A stretch of 48,863 nucleotides of DNA from Myxococcota bacterium (GTDB lineage Bacteria > Myxococcota > JACRCW01): positions 1 to 48,863 of the forward strand of contig JBFMGU010000051.1 in NCBI GenBank assembly GCA_040752415.1, read 5' to 3'. The translations under genes were made by a program, and so were the position numbers. Positions 39,448 to 48,861 of the stretch are shown piece by piece. The notes below the pieces were generated by a model. It was given only the letters and a program-made list of their open reading frames with translations. It ran no database searches and was not told the origin of the DNA. Numbering within the stretch: position 1 is the stretch's first letter; every line of letters begins with the position of its first letter.

Positions 39448-40938
39448 ATGCCCGAGGTCGAGCCCACCGCCACCGCCATCATGCTGACCGCGCTGGGCCT
39501 CATGATGGCCTTCAGCGCGCTCTTCAGCCGCCTCACCGGGCGCATGGGCCTCCCCCTCACGCTGGCCTTCCTGGGCGTGGGCATGGTCGCCGGGCCGGAG
39601 GGACTGGGCGGCATCGACTTCCGCGAGCACGGGTTCAGCTTCCGCACCGCCATCACGGCGCTCGTGCTCATCCTGTTTGACGGCGGGCTCAACACGCACG
39701 TGGCCGCCGCGCGACCCGTGCTGGCCCCCGCCGCCGTCCTGGCCACCGCCGGCGTGCTGGGAACCGCGGGCGTGGTGGGGTTGGCGGCACACGCGCTGGG
39801 CTTCGCGTGGCCGGAGTCCCTGCTGCTGGGGGCGGTGGTGTCGTCGACGGACGCGGCCGCGGTCTTCTCCGTGCTGCGCGGGAGCGGGCTGCACCTGCGA
39901 CGTCGGGTGGGGGCCACCCTGGAGGTGGAATCCGGCCTCAACGACCCCATGGCCGTCATCCTCACCATGACGCTCTCGGAGAACCTGCTGGACCCCGTGC
40001 GGGTGGGCTGGTGGTTCCCCTTGAACGTGGTCCTGCAGCTCCTGGTGGGGCTGGGGTGTGGGCTGGGATTTGGAGCCGTGGGCCGGTGGATGCTGGCGCG
40101 CATCCCGCTCGCGGCGCTGGGCCTCTACCCCGTGCTCACCATCTCGCTGGGCATGTTGTCCTTTGGCGTGACCACCCTGGCGCAGGGCAGCGGCTTCCTG
40201 GCGGTCTACCTGTGCGGGATGGTGGTGGGGAACAGCCGACTGCCGCACCGCGCCGGCCTGTTGCGTGTCCACGACGCCGTGGCGTGGCTGAGCCAGGTGA
40301 CCATGTTCCTTCTCATGGGACTGCTGGTCCTGCCCTCGCGCGTGGTGGCGGTGGCGGCGCCCGGCCTGGGCATTGCGCTGGTGCTGGCGTTGGTGGCGCG
40401 TCCCGTGGTGGTGGCGTTGTGCCTGGCGCCGTTCCGCTACCGCTGGCGCGAAATCACCTACGTGGGCTGGGTGGGGCTGCGTGGCGCGGTGCCCATTGTG
40501 CTCGCCATCTACCCGGTGCTGCTGGATGCGCCCGGCGCGCTGCGGATCCTCGACGTGGTGTTCTTCGTCGTGGTGGTGAATGCGTTGATTCCGGGGGCCA
40601 CGGTGCAGTGGGCCACGCGCTGGTTGGGCCAGATCTCCGACGAGCCCCCGCCGCCGGAAGCCACGCTGGACATCATCTCCATGCGGCCGCTCAACGGGCA
40701 GGTCCTGGTGTTCCACATTGGCGCGGCTTCCGCGGTGGCCAACGTCCCGCTCTCCGAGGTGCCCTTCTCCGACGGCGCGGCGGTGATGCTGGTGGTGCGG
40801 GGCAATGAGCTCATTCCGCCGCGCGGCACCACCGTGTTGACGCCGGGGGACCACGTCTACGTGGTGTGTCGGGAGGCGGACGAGGAGCTGGTGCAGCTCA
40901 TGTTCGGCCAGCGCATCAAGGAGGCCGAGGGCTCCTGA
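39448..40938 (+). CDS. K+/H+ antiporter, CPA1 (NhaP2/CvrA-like) with C-terminal RCK_C
   Basis: LILFDGG, SSTDAAAVFS, ESGLNDPMA, GSGFLAVY, GLRGAVPI. Confidence 0.92.
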   Translation: MPEVEPTATAIMLTALGLMMAFSALFSRLTGRMGLPLTLAFLGVGMVAGPEGLGGIDFREHGFSFRTAITALVLILFDGGLNTHVAAARPVLAPAAVLATAGVLGTAGVVGLAAHALGFAWPESLLLGAVVSSTDAAAVFSVLRGSGLHLRRRVGATLEVESGLNDPMAVILTMTLSENLLDPVRVGWWFPLNVVLQLLVGLGCGLGFGAVGRWMLARIPLAALGLYPVLTISLGMLSFGVTTLAQGSGFLAVYLCGMVVGNSRLPHRAGLLRVHDAVAWLSQVTMFLLMGLLVLPSRVVAVAAPGLGIALVLALVARPVVVALCLAPFRYRWREITYVGWVGLRGAVPIVLAIYPVLLDAPGALRILDVVFFVVVVNALIPGATVQWATRWLGQISDEPPPPEATLDIISMRPLNGQVLVFHIGAASAVANVPLSEVPFSDGAAVMLVVRGNELIPPRGTTVLTPGDHVYVVCREADEELVQLMFGQRIKEAEGS

Positions 40939-41010
40939 TCACGCCCACGCTCTCCCACGGTGAGAAATCCGACCCGGCCTCGTCGCGGGCCATGGTAGAC
41001 GCGGTCCGTC

Positions 41011-43077
41011 ATGGCGTCCGCGCACGCCTTCCTCCGCGACCTCGCAACCGTGCTCGGCGTTGCCGCCGTGACGACGGTGGTGTTCCAGCTCCTGCGCCAG
41101 CCTCCCGTGCTGGGCTACGTGCTGGCCGGGCTGCTCATTGGTCCGCAGACGCCGCTCCCGCTGGTGGCCGACCGCGCAACCATCCAGACGCTGAGCGAGC
41201 TGGGCGTCATCCTGCTCATGTTCTCGCTGGGCCTGGAGTTCAGCATCCGCAAGCTGGTCCGCCTGGGCGGCACCGCCGTGGTCATCACCGCCATCGAGGT
41301 GGGCGCGGTGTTGTGGCTGGGCTTCACCGCCTCGCGCGCGTTGGGGTGGTCCATCCGGGAGTCGCTGTTCGCGGGGGCGGCGGTCTCCATCAGCAGCACC
41401 ATGATCGTGGCCAAGGTGTTCGCCGAGCAGGGCGTGGAGCAGCGGCTGCGGGACCTGGTGTACGGGATTCTCGTCGTGGAGGACCTGGTGGCGGTGTTGC
41501 TGCTGGCCCTCCTCACCGCCGTGGGCACCGGCATGAAGCTCACCGCGGATGACCTGGTCTCGACGGTGGGGCGCCTGGGCGGCTTCCTGGTGGCACTGGT
41601 GGCGGTGGGGCTGCTGGTGGTGCCGCGGGCCATCCGGTTCGTCTCGCGGCTGCGTCGACCGGAGACGCTGCTGGTGGCCAGCGTGGGCGTCTGCTTTGCC
41701 ACCGCGTTGCTCGCGCAGGCGGCGGGGTACTCGGTGGCGTTGGGTGCGTTCCTCGCGGGGAGCCTGGTGGCGGAGTCGGGCGCGGGTGGGCAGGTGGAAG
41801 GACTCATCCGTCCCCTGCGCGACATCTTCGGCGCCGTGTTCTTCGTGGCGGTGGGCATGCTCATGGACCCCACCGTGCTGCAGCAGCACTGGCCCACCGC
41901 GTTGGTGCTCACCGGCGTGGTTCTGGCCGGGAAGGTGGTGGGCGTGCTGGTGGGGGCGTTCCTCACCGGCCACGGCGTGCAGAGCTCCATCCGCGCGAGC
42001 ATGAGCATGGCGCAGATCGGCGAGTTCTCGTTCATCATCGCCACGCTGGGACTCTCCCTGCGCGTCACCGGAGACTTCCTCTTCCCCGTGGCGGTGGCCG
42101 TCAGCGTGCTCACCACCTTCACCACGCCGTGGATGGTCCGGGCGGCCCTTCCCGTGGCCCTCGCCGTGGACAAGCGCTTGCCGGGGCCACTGCAGATGTT
42201 CGTGACGCTGTACGGCTCGTGGCTGGAGCAGGTGCGGGCCATCCCGGCGGGAGACAACCGCGGCGCACGGCTGCGGCGACTCGTGCGGTCCATGCTCACC
42301 GACGCGGCGTTGCTGGTGGCCAACATCATTGGCGCCTCGGTGTTCCTGCGCGGACTGCTGCGGGAGCTGGCGGGAACCGCGGGCATCACGGTGGCACTGG
42401 CGCGCGCGCTGATTGTCGGCGTGGCGGCGTTGTTGGCCCTGCCCTGTCTCGTGGGGATCTTCTCGGCGGCGCGACGCCTGGGTGGGCTCCTGGCGGAGAC
42501 GGTGTTGCCCTCCCAGCTGCCCACGCGCGTGGACCTGGCCGCCACGCCACGACGTGTCCTCATCCTCTCGCTGCAGCTGGGGATCCTGCTGGCCGTGGGA
42601 TTGCCAGTGCTGGCGGTGACGCAGCCGTTCCTGCCGGCGGTGCCGGGCGTGGTGGTGCTCTCGATTCCCCTCGTCATCCTGGCCGTCCTGGTGTGGCGCG
42701 GAGCGACCAACCTCGAGGGCCACGTGCGGGCGGGCTCGCAGATGATTGTGGAGGTGCTGGGGAAGCAGGGGCACGGGGATGAGGTGTCGCACGCGCTGGA
42801 GCAGGTGCAGGAGATGTTGCCCGGCTGCGGCACGTTGCACGCGGTGGTGCTGGATGCGCGCGCGCACGCCGTGGGCAAGACGCTGGCGGAGCTCAACCTG
42901 CGCGGTTTGACGGGCGCCACCGTGCTGGCGTTGGTGCGCGGTCACGCGGGGGTGGTCATTCCCACGCCGCAACAGGCGCTTCAGGCGGGTGACGTGCTGG
43001 CGCTGACCGGCGCGGAGGACGCGGTGGCCAGCGCAACGCGGTTGTTGACGACGGGAGAACCTTCACTCGCCGCCTGA
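41011..43077 (+). CDS. Cation:proton antiporter, CPA2 (Kef-like) with C-terminal RCK_C
   Basis: ELGVILLMFSLGLEFS, SISST, LVVEDL, LGAFLAG, QIGEFSF; GKTLAELNLRGLTGATV. Confidence 0.92.
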   Translation: MASAHAFLRDLATVLGVAAVTTVVFQLLRQPPVLGYVLAGLLIGPQTPLPLVADRATIQTLSELGVILLMFSLGLEFSIRKLVRLGGTAVVITAIEVGAVLWLGFTASRALGWSIRESLFAGAAVSISSTMIVAKVFAEQGVEQRLRDLVYGILVVEDLVAVLLLALLTAVGTGMKLTADDLVSTVGRLGGFLVALVAVGLLVVPRAIRFVSRLRRPETLLVASVGVCFATALLAQAAGYSVALGAFLAGSLVAESGAGGQVEGLIRPLRDIFGAVFFVAVGMLMDPTVLQQHWPTALVLTGVVLAGKVVGVLVGAFLTGHGVQSSIRASMSMAQIGEFSFIIATLGLSLRVTGDFLFPVAVAVSVLTTFTTPWMVRAALPVALAVDKRLPGPLQMFVTLYGSWLEQVRAIPAGDNRGARLRRLVRSMLTDAALLVANIIGASVFLRGLLRELAGTAGITVALARALIVGVAALLALPCLVGIFSAARRLGGLLAETVLPSQLPTRVDLAATPRRVLILSLQLGILLAVGLPVLAVTQPFLPAVPGVVVLSIPLVILAVLVWRGATNLEGHVRAGSQMIVEVLGKQGHGDEVSHALEQVQEMLPGCGTLHAVVLDARAHAVGKTLAELNLRGLTGATVLALVRGHAGVVIPTPQQALQAGDVLALTGAEDAVASATRLLTTGEPSLAA

Positions 43078-43125
43078 GGCGCCGCATCAGGAACAATGTG
43101 TACACGGGTCCATGACGGCGTCTGT

Positions 43126-43390
43126 GGGCCACGACCTGGAGTGCGGCGGGCCCTCGCCGCCCTGGCCAGCGTCACTGTGTGTTCAAGGGCACTCGCGACT
43201 CGGAGCTGGATTCCTGAGCACGACGGGCACGCGATCGGCCGCGGACCGGGAGGGGACCGCTGACAGCACGCGCTGCCCGAGCACGTGGTGCAACGCGCTG
43301 AGCAGCCCAACTCCGGGTCGCGAGGGTTTTTGAAAACACGGTGACGCTGGCCAGGGCGGCGAGGGCCCGCCGCACTCCAGGTCGTGGCCC
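43126..43390. mobile_element. REPIN/MITE-like element with 84-bp inverted arms
   Basis: Arms 43126-43209 and 43307-43390; outer 50 bp perfectly complementary, 76/84 overall; each arm contains GGAG-T-GCGGCG-GGCCCT-CGCCGC. Confidence 0.7.
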
Positions 43391-43466
43391 GATCATGACG
43401 TTCATCACCCATGGCCAACCTGTCCTGACGCAACCGCAGTGATGATGCCGGGTGATGTCGGGGCGC

Positions 43467-43991
43467 TCAGGCGGGCTCGGGTTCCTTCTTGCGGGGCCCG
43501 GTAGAGAGGAACGCCTCGGTCGAGGCAATGGCCTCGCGGATGGTGGGGTCGCGACGGGCCACGCCACGCGCCACGGCCAGGATGTCCAGCGCGGCCTTCC
43601 ACGCGGCGGAGGAGTTCTTGAGGATGGTGTCATCCACGGCCTGGAGGAAGCCGGCCAGCTCGGCGCGCAGCGGCGCCAGGGCCTCCGCGCGATCCCAAGC
43701 GGCGCTGAGGTCACCCGGGACCACGCCGGGAACCACCACCGCGTCAGGGCGATCCGCCAACAACGCTTCCATCAGGCGCACGTGCTCTTCCGCACCTTCC
43801 CGCGCCTTGGGCAGCCGCTTCCGCGTGTCCACGTCCAGCAGCTCCAGCCCCTTGACCTGCTTCCGCGCGCTTCGAAGTGCTCCCAACGTGCCCTGCACCG
43901 CGCTCTTCAGCTCCAAAGCGCTGTTCTTGGTCTTCGACTTCGCCCCGCGCTTCGCAGACTTCTTGCCGCTGGCCTTCTTCTTCGTCGCCAT
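43467..43991 (-). CDS. Hypothetical helical protein with Lys-rich N-terminus
   Basis: 174 aa; AGGGGAGG RBS; MATKKKASGKKSAKRGAK..., VDDT...AAWKAALD. Confidence 0.8.
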   Translation of the reverse strand: MATKKKASGKKSAKRGAKSKTKNSALELKSAVQGTLGALRSARKQVKGLELLDVDTRKRLPKAREGAEEHVRLMEALLADRPDAVVVPGVVPGDLSAAWDRAEALAPLRAELAGFLQAVDDTILKNSSAAWKAALDILAVARGVARRDPTIREAIASTEAFLSTGPRKKEPEPA

Positions 43992-44145
43992 GACTGTCAA
44001 CCTCCCCTGTGACGAGCTTGATTGCTCGCACGCAAGCCTGGAAGGCGCGTCACAAGACGGTCAACGCCAATCCCGGCGTCGAAGGTCTCATTTTCGAGAT
44101 CCAAGTGCTCTTTTTTGTGGTTGAGACCTCGGATTCGAGGTTCGT

Positions 44146-46773
44146 TCAGCCCTTGCGGACTTCCGCCTTGAGGTCGCGCTCCATGGTGGCCATGACCTCG
44201 GCGTGCAGGGCGTTGACGGCCTCGTCGGTGAGGGTGCGGTCCGCGGCGCGGAAGGTCAGCGAGAGCGCCAGGCTCTTCTTCCCCGCGGGCAGGTTCTTGC
44301 CACGGTAGACGTCGAACAGCTCCACCTTCTCGACGACACCCTGGGCCGCCGCGGGCGTCCTCCGCACCGCGCCGTAGACGTCCTCCACGCGCGTGCGCTC
44401 GTCCACCAGCACGGCCACGTCGCGCTTGACGGCGGGGAAGCGGGGAACCGGCTTGTACGAGGGCGGCGGCGGGAACAACGCGGCCAGCGCGGTCACGTCG
44501 AGCTCCGCCACCAGCACCGGCGGACGCAGGTCCAGCTTCTCCTGCAGCGCGGGGTGCAGCTCGCCAAACACGCCCACGAACTCGTCGGAGATCTTCACGC
44601 CCGCGGCCATGCCGGGGTGGAGATACGGCGCGCGGTCGGCGGGGACGGGCTCCAGGCGGACATTGCCGTCCCAGAGGTTGGTGTTGAAGCCCAGCGCCTC
44701 CACCACCTCCTCGACCACACCCTTGAGGTCATAGAAATCCACCGGCACCGCCGCGGTGTCCGACGCGCGCGGCATCCGCGTCCCGCTCGCCACGATGCCC
44801 ACGTAGGTGCGCTCCTTGGCGTACGCGTCGCCGCCGGTGGGGCCGTCCTCCGTGTCCGGGCGGGCCTTCACGCCTTCCGGGCGGGTGCCCAGGAACGCGG
44901 TGCCCAGCTCGAACAGGCGGACCTCACGCTCGCCGTGGCGCTGGTTGTACGCGAGCGAACGCAGCAAACCCGGCAACAGCGAGGGACGCATGATGCTGAG
45001 CTCCTCGCTGATGGGGTTGCGCAGCACCAGGCGCGGGATGCGCTGACCGCCGCCGTCAAACGGGTCGGCCTCGCGCGGGGAGATGAAGCCCATGTTCACG
45101 GCCTCATGGAACCCCGCGCCCAGCAGCGTGGCGCGCACGCGGTCCTGCGAGACCACCACCGTGTCGGAGGGTCGCGAGGGCGGCGGCCTCCCCGTCCCGC
45201 GCGGCAGCGTCTCCGGCACGCGGTCCAGGCCCAGCAGGCGGCCGATCTCCTCGATCAGGTCCACCTCTTGCGTGAGGTCGGGACGGAACGTGGGCACCTT
45301 GAAGCGCAGCGCCCCCGCCTCCCGACCCGCGACCTCCAGCCCCAGCGCACTGAGCGCCCGTGCCACAAGCGCCTCGTCAACGAGCTTCTGCGGCAGGCCC
45401 AGCAGCATGGCCGCGCGCGCCGGGCGGAGCTTCACTTCCACCTCGGGGATGGGCTTGGGGTAGCTGGCCGCCACGCCACGACGCACCTGCCCACCGGCAA
45501 GCTCCGCGATGAGCTGGGCGCAGCGGTTCAGCGCCTCCTCGAGCGTCTTGTTGGGATCGCACCCGCGCTCGAAGCGGTGGCTGGCCTCGGTGTGGAGCGC
45601 ATGCCGCCGCGCCGTGCGACGGATGCCCGCGGGCGCGAAGTACGCGGCCTCCAAGAGCACGCGCGTGGTGCCCTGGTGCACCTCGGAGTCCTTGCCACCC
45701 ATGACGCCGGCGAGCGCGAGGGGGCGCTCCGGGTCGCAGATGAGCAGGTCTTCCGCGTGCAGCTGCCGCTCGACGCCATCCAGCGTCACCATCTTCTCGC
45801 CGGGCTTGGCGGTGCGGACCACGATGGTGGCGCGACCGCGGTCCAAGCCCAGCTTGTCCAGGTCAAACGCGTGCAGCGGGTGACCGCGCTCCAGCAGGAT
45901 CAGGTTGGTGACATCCACGACGTTGTTGATGGACCGGACCCCGCACGCCTCCAGCCGACGCTGCACCCACTGCGGGCTGGGCCCCACCGTGACGCCTTCA
46001 ATGACGCGCGCCAGGTAGCGCGGGCAGCGGACCAGGTCGTCCACCTTCACCTGCGCCGCGTCGTCGACGGGGCCACCGCGCTCCGCGCACGTGGCGGAAG
46101 GCGCCTTCATGCGCAGCGGGGGCGTGGTGTTCACCAGCGGCGGTCGACGCCCGCTCTCGGTGGGAATCTCCAGGTGCGCCGCCAGCGGGGCAATGGGCGG
46201 GGGCGCGGGCATGGAGAGGAAGGCGGCCAGGTCGCGGGCCACGCCCACGTGGGAGAGCACGTCGGGGCGGTTGGGCGTCACCGAGAGCACGAGGACGAAG
46301 TCGTCCAGCCCCAGCGCCTTGGCCAACGGCGTGCCCGGCGCATGCTGCCCCTCGACGATGAGGATGCCGTCATGGTCGCCGCCCGCCAGGCCCAGCTCCT
46401 TGCCGCTGCAGAGCATGCCGTGGCTCTCCACGCCGCGGATGGCGCGCTTCTCCAGAGGTGGGCCGCCCTTCAGGCTCACGCCCGGGCGCGCCACGGCGGT
46501 GAGCTTGCCGGCGTCGCAGTTGGGAGCGCCGCAGACGATGGAGAGCGGCTCGGGTCCGCCCACGTCCACCGTGCAGAGGCTGAGGGTGTCGGCGTTGGGG
46601 TGCTTGTCACGGGAGAGGATGGCGCCCACCACGACGTCACGGATGGGCGCGGAGAGGTCCTCCACCGCCTCGCACTCCACGCCCAGCAGCGTGAGCTTGT
46701 CACCCACCTCCCGCGGGCCCAGCTCGGCGGGAAGGTCAAGCAGCTCTCTCAGCCACCGGTAGCTCACGCGCAT
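44146..46773 (-). CDS. pheT: Phenylalanine--tRNA ligase beta subunit
   Basis: MRVSYRWL, HPNADTL, IVCGAPN, TPNRPD, NNVVDVTN, RPDL, RPSLLPGL, FDX-ACB FDVYRG. Confidence 0.97.
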   Translation of the reverse strand: MRVSYRWLRELLDLPAELGPREVGDKLTLLGVECEAVEDLSAPIRDVVVGAILSRDKHPNADTLSLCTVDVGGPEPLSIVCGAPNCDAGKLTAVARPGVSLKGGPPLEKRAIRGVESHGMLCSGKELGLAGGDHDGILIVEGQHAPGTPLAKALGLDDFVLVLSVTPNRPDVLSHVGVARDLAAFLSMPAPPPIAPLAAHLEIPTESGRRPPLVNTTPPLRMKAPSATCAERGGPVDDAAQVKVDDLVRCPRYLARVIEGVTVGPSPQWVQRRLEACGVRSINNVVDVTNLILLERGHPLHAFDLDKLGLDRGRATIVVRTAKPGEKMVTLDGVERQLHAEDLLICDPERPLALAGVMGGKDSEVHQGTTRVLLEAAYFAPAGIRRTARRHALHTEASHRFERGCDPNKTLEEALNRCAQLIAELAGGQVRRGVAASYPKPIPEVEVKLRPARAAMLLGLPQKLVDEALVARALSALGLEVAGREAGALRFKVPTFRPDLTQEVDLIEEIGRLLGLDRVPETLPRGTGRPPPSRPSDTVVVSQDRVRATLLGAGFHEAVNMGFISPREADPFDGGGQRIPRLVLRNPISEELSIMRPSLLPGLLRSLAYNQRHGEREVRLFELGTAFLGTRPEGVKARPDTEDGPTGGDAYAKERTYVGIVASGTRMPRASDTAAVPVDFYDLKGVVEEVVEALGFNTNLWDGNVRLEPVPADRAPYLHPGMAAGVKISDEFVGVFGELHPALQEKLDLRPPVLVAELDVTALAALFPPPPSYKPVPRFPAVKRDVAVLVDERTRVEDVYGAVRRTPAAAQGVVEKVELFDVYRGKNLPAGKKSLALSLTFRAADRTLTDEAVNALHAEVMATMERDLKAEVRKG

Positions 46774-46851
46774 CACGACACCCGTCTCACCGCCCCGCTG
46801 GCGCCCACCAGTTGCGGGTGCCAATGCCGCGGGTGCGGCAAGCGTCAAACT

Positions 46852-47892
46852 TCAGAACTGCCTGAGGAAGCGAACGTCATTGTCGAAGAACAGCCGCAGG
46901 TCCGGGATGCGATAGCGGAGCATGGCAATACGCTCCACCCCGACCCCGAAGGCAAAACCCGTCACCTTCTCCGGGTCATAGCCCACCGCCTTGAAGACCT
47001 CCGGGTGGACCATGCCGGCGCCGCCCACCTCCAGCCACGTGGTCCCCTTGCACACCCGACAAACCCCACCCTCACCCTCCCCGCGCCCGGTCCCGCCGCA
47101 GGTCACGCAGGAGATGTCCACCTCACAGGAGGGCTCCGTGAACGGGAAGAACGAGGGACGCAGGCGGATGCGCACGTCCGGGCCGAAGATGCGCCGCGCG
47201 AACGTCAGCAGCGTGCCCTTGAGGTCGGAGAGGCTGACCTCCTCGTCCACGTAGAGCCCTTCCACCTGGTGGAACATGGGGCTGTGGGTGGCGTCGGAGT
47301 CGGAGCGGTAGACGGCGCCGGGATTCACCACGCGCACCGGCGGCTTCTTGGCCTCCAGCATCACGCGAATCTGGCACGGAGAGGTGTGCGTGCGCAGGAC
47401 CACCTCGTCGGAGAGGTAAAAGGTGTCCTGCATGTCCCGCGCGGGGTGGTCCTTGGGGATGTTGAGCGCTTCGAAGTTGTAGAAGTCGTGCTCAACCTCG
47501 GGGCCGGTGGCCAGGCGGTAGCCCATCTGCGTGAACGCGTTGATGATGGCCTGCGTGGTCTCCCGCACCGGGTGCATGTGACCGCGCGGCGTCCGGCGTC
47601 CTGGCACGGTGACGTCCAGGGAGACCGAGAGCGCCTCCGCGTCCTTCTTGGCCTTGGCGCGCGTCAGCGCCTCCTGGCTGGCCAGCTCCAGGGCTTCCTT
47701 GGCCTCGTTGACCACCTTGCCAAAGGCGGGACGTTCCTCCGCGGAAAGCTTGGAGAGGCCCTTGAGCAGCTCGCTGAGGCGGCCCTTCTTGCCCAGGAAG
47801 GTGACGCGCAGCGCTTCCACGGCTTCCGCCGTGTCGGCGCCCTGGAAGGCCCGACGTGCCTCGTCGACGATCGCCTGGAGCTCGGTCTTCAT
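46852..47892 (-). CDS. pheS: Phenylalanine--tRNA ligase alpha subunit
   Basis: HPARDMQDTFY, LRTHTS, HSPMFHQVEG, FPFTEPS, GFAFGVGVER; CxxC..CxxC zinc insert. Confidence 0.98.
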   Translation of the reverse strand: MKTELQAIVDEARRAFQGADTAEAVEALRVTFLGKKGRLSELLKGLSKLSAEERPAFGKVVNEAKEALELASQEALTRAKAKKDAEALSVSLDVTVPGRRTPRGHMHPVRETTQAIINAFTQMGYRLATGPEVEHDFYNFEALNIPKDHPARDMQDTFYLSDEVVLRTHTSPCQIRVMLEAKKPPVRVVNPGAVYRSDSDATHSPMFHQVEGLYVDEEVSLSDLKGTLLTFARRIFGPDVRIRLRPSFFPFTEPSCEVDISCVTCGGTGRGEGEGGVCRVCKGTTWLEVGGAGMVHPEVFKAVGYDPEKVTGFAFGVGVERIAMLRYRIPDLRLFFDNDVRFLRQF

Positions 47893-48002
47893 GGCGGGGG
47901 CCTCGTAGTCTCCGCGGAACAAATCCCCGCCGCCACGCCCGTTGGACCAGGCATGGACGGCGGAGAATCCACATTCAGCAAGGCGCGCAGATGCCCGTGG
48001 AA

Positions 48003-48353
48003 TCAGGCCTTCTTGGCCAGCTCCACCACCGCCTTGAAGGCGGTCGGGTCGGTCAGCGCCAGGTCAGCAAGGACCTTGCGGTCCAGGTTGACCTTGGCCT
48101 TCTTCAGCCCACCCATCAGGCGGGAGTAGCTGATGCCCTCCAGGCGCGCGCCCGCGTTGATGCGCGAAATCCACAGGTGGCGGAAGTCGCGCTTCTTGCG
48201 CTTGCGGTCGCGGAAGGCAAAGGCCAGCGCGCGGTCCACGGTCTCGGTGGCCGTGCGGAAAAGCCTGTTGCGTGTACCTGAGTAACCCTCAGCGAACTTC
48301 AGGATGCGATTACGACGACGACGGGCCTTGAAGCCTCTTTTTGCGCGGGGCAT
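48003..48353 (-). CDS. rplT: 50S ribosomal protein L20
   Basis: [34 protein letters not shown]. Confidence 0.98.
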   Translation of the reverse strand: MPRAKRGFKARRRRNRILKFAEGYSGTRNRLFRTATETVDRALAFAFRDRKRKKRDFRHLWISRINAGARLEGISYSRLMGGLKKAKVNLDRKVLADLALTDPTAFKAVVELAKKA

Positions 48354-48437
48354 GTCTCTACCTCGAATTCATGGGCGGCCGGCGCATGCCGGTTGCCGCC
48401 AGTTCAAGTGATTTCTCTCGGACAGAACGGGTTGGGC

Positions 48438-48641
48438 TCAGAGGTACGGGAGCAGCCGGTCGAGATGACCCTGCTCCGTGCCATTGGCAACGCGGTCGTT
48501 GCGGTTGGTCCTCTTCACCTTGCGCTTGTGCTTGGTCAGCAGGTGGCGCCGGCCCGTGGTGCCGAACTTGAACTTCCCGGATCCCGTCTTCTTGAAGCGC
48601 TTGGCAGCCGCACGCTTCGTCTTCTGCTTTGCCTTGGCCAT
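48438..48641 (-). CDS. rpmI: 50S ribosomal protein L35
   Basis: KTKRAAAKRFKKTGSGK, HLLTK, LLPY; GAGG RBS. Confidence 0.96.
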   Translation of the reverse strand: MAKAKQKTKRAAAKRFKKTGSGKFKFGTTGRRHLLTKHKRKVKRTNRNDRVANGTEQGHLDRLLPYL

Positions 48642-48756
48642 GTTCAACCTCATGCGTCGCTTCGGCGTCAGCGGGTGCTGAACTTGGGCCGGCGTCGCGT
48701 CAGGCCCGTTGCCCCGGCCAGGGAGCAATGGGCAGTCAAACCGCAAAAACCTGTCT

Positions 48757-48861
48757 TCAACCCTTGGAGCCGTCGTCGCCGCCGGAGCGGGCGGGCTGTG
48801 CTCCCTGGGCCTGGTACGGCGCGCGTCCCGGCGCCCCGCCGCCCATGGGCGGACGAGGCGG
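48757..48861 (-). CDS. 3' end of upstream gene (Pro/Gly-rich tail); possibly infC by position
   Basis: PPRPPMGGGAPGRAPYQAQGAQPARSGGDDGSKG*; identity inferred only from synteny with rpmI-rplT. Confidence 0.4.
   Translation of the reverse strand, partial: PPRPPMGGGAPGRAPYQAQGAQPARSGGDDGSKG

Noticed and set aside
43112..43433. Short ORFs across the inverted repeat
   Set aside because: No RBS or codon bias; the sequence is explained by the hairpin element.
47060..47125. CxxC...CxxC insert in PheS as a novelty
   Set aside because: This zinc-ribbon insert is common in PheS from many bacterial phyla.
44203..48129. 1308-aa + strand ORF
   Set aside because: Antisense shadow of pheT/pheS/rplT.
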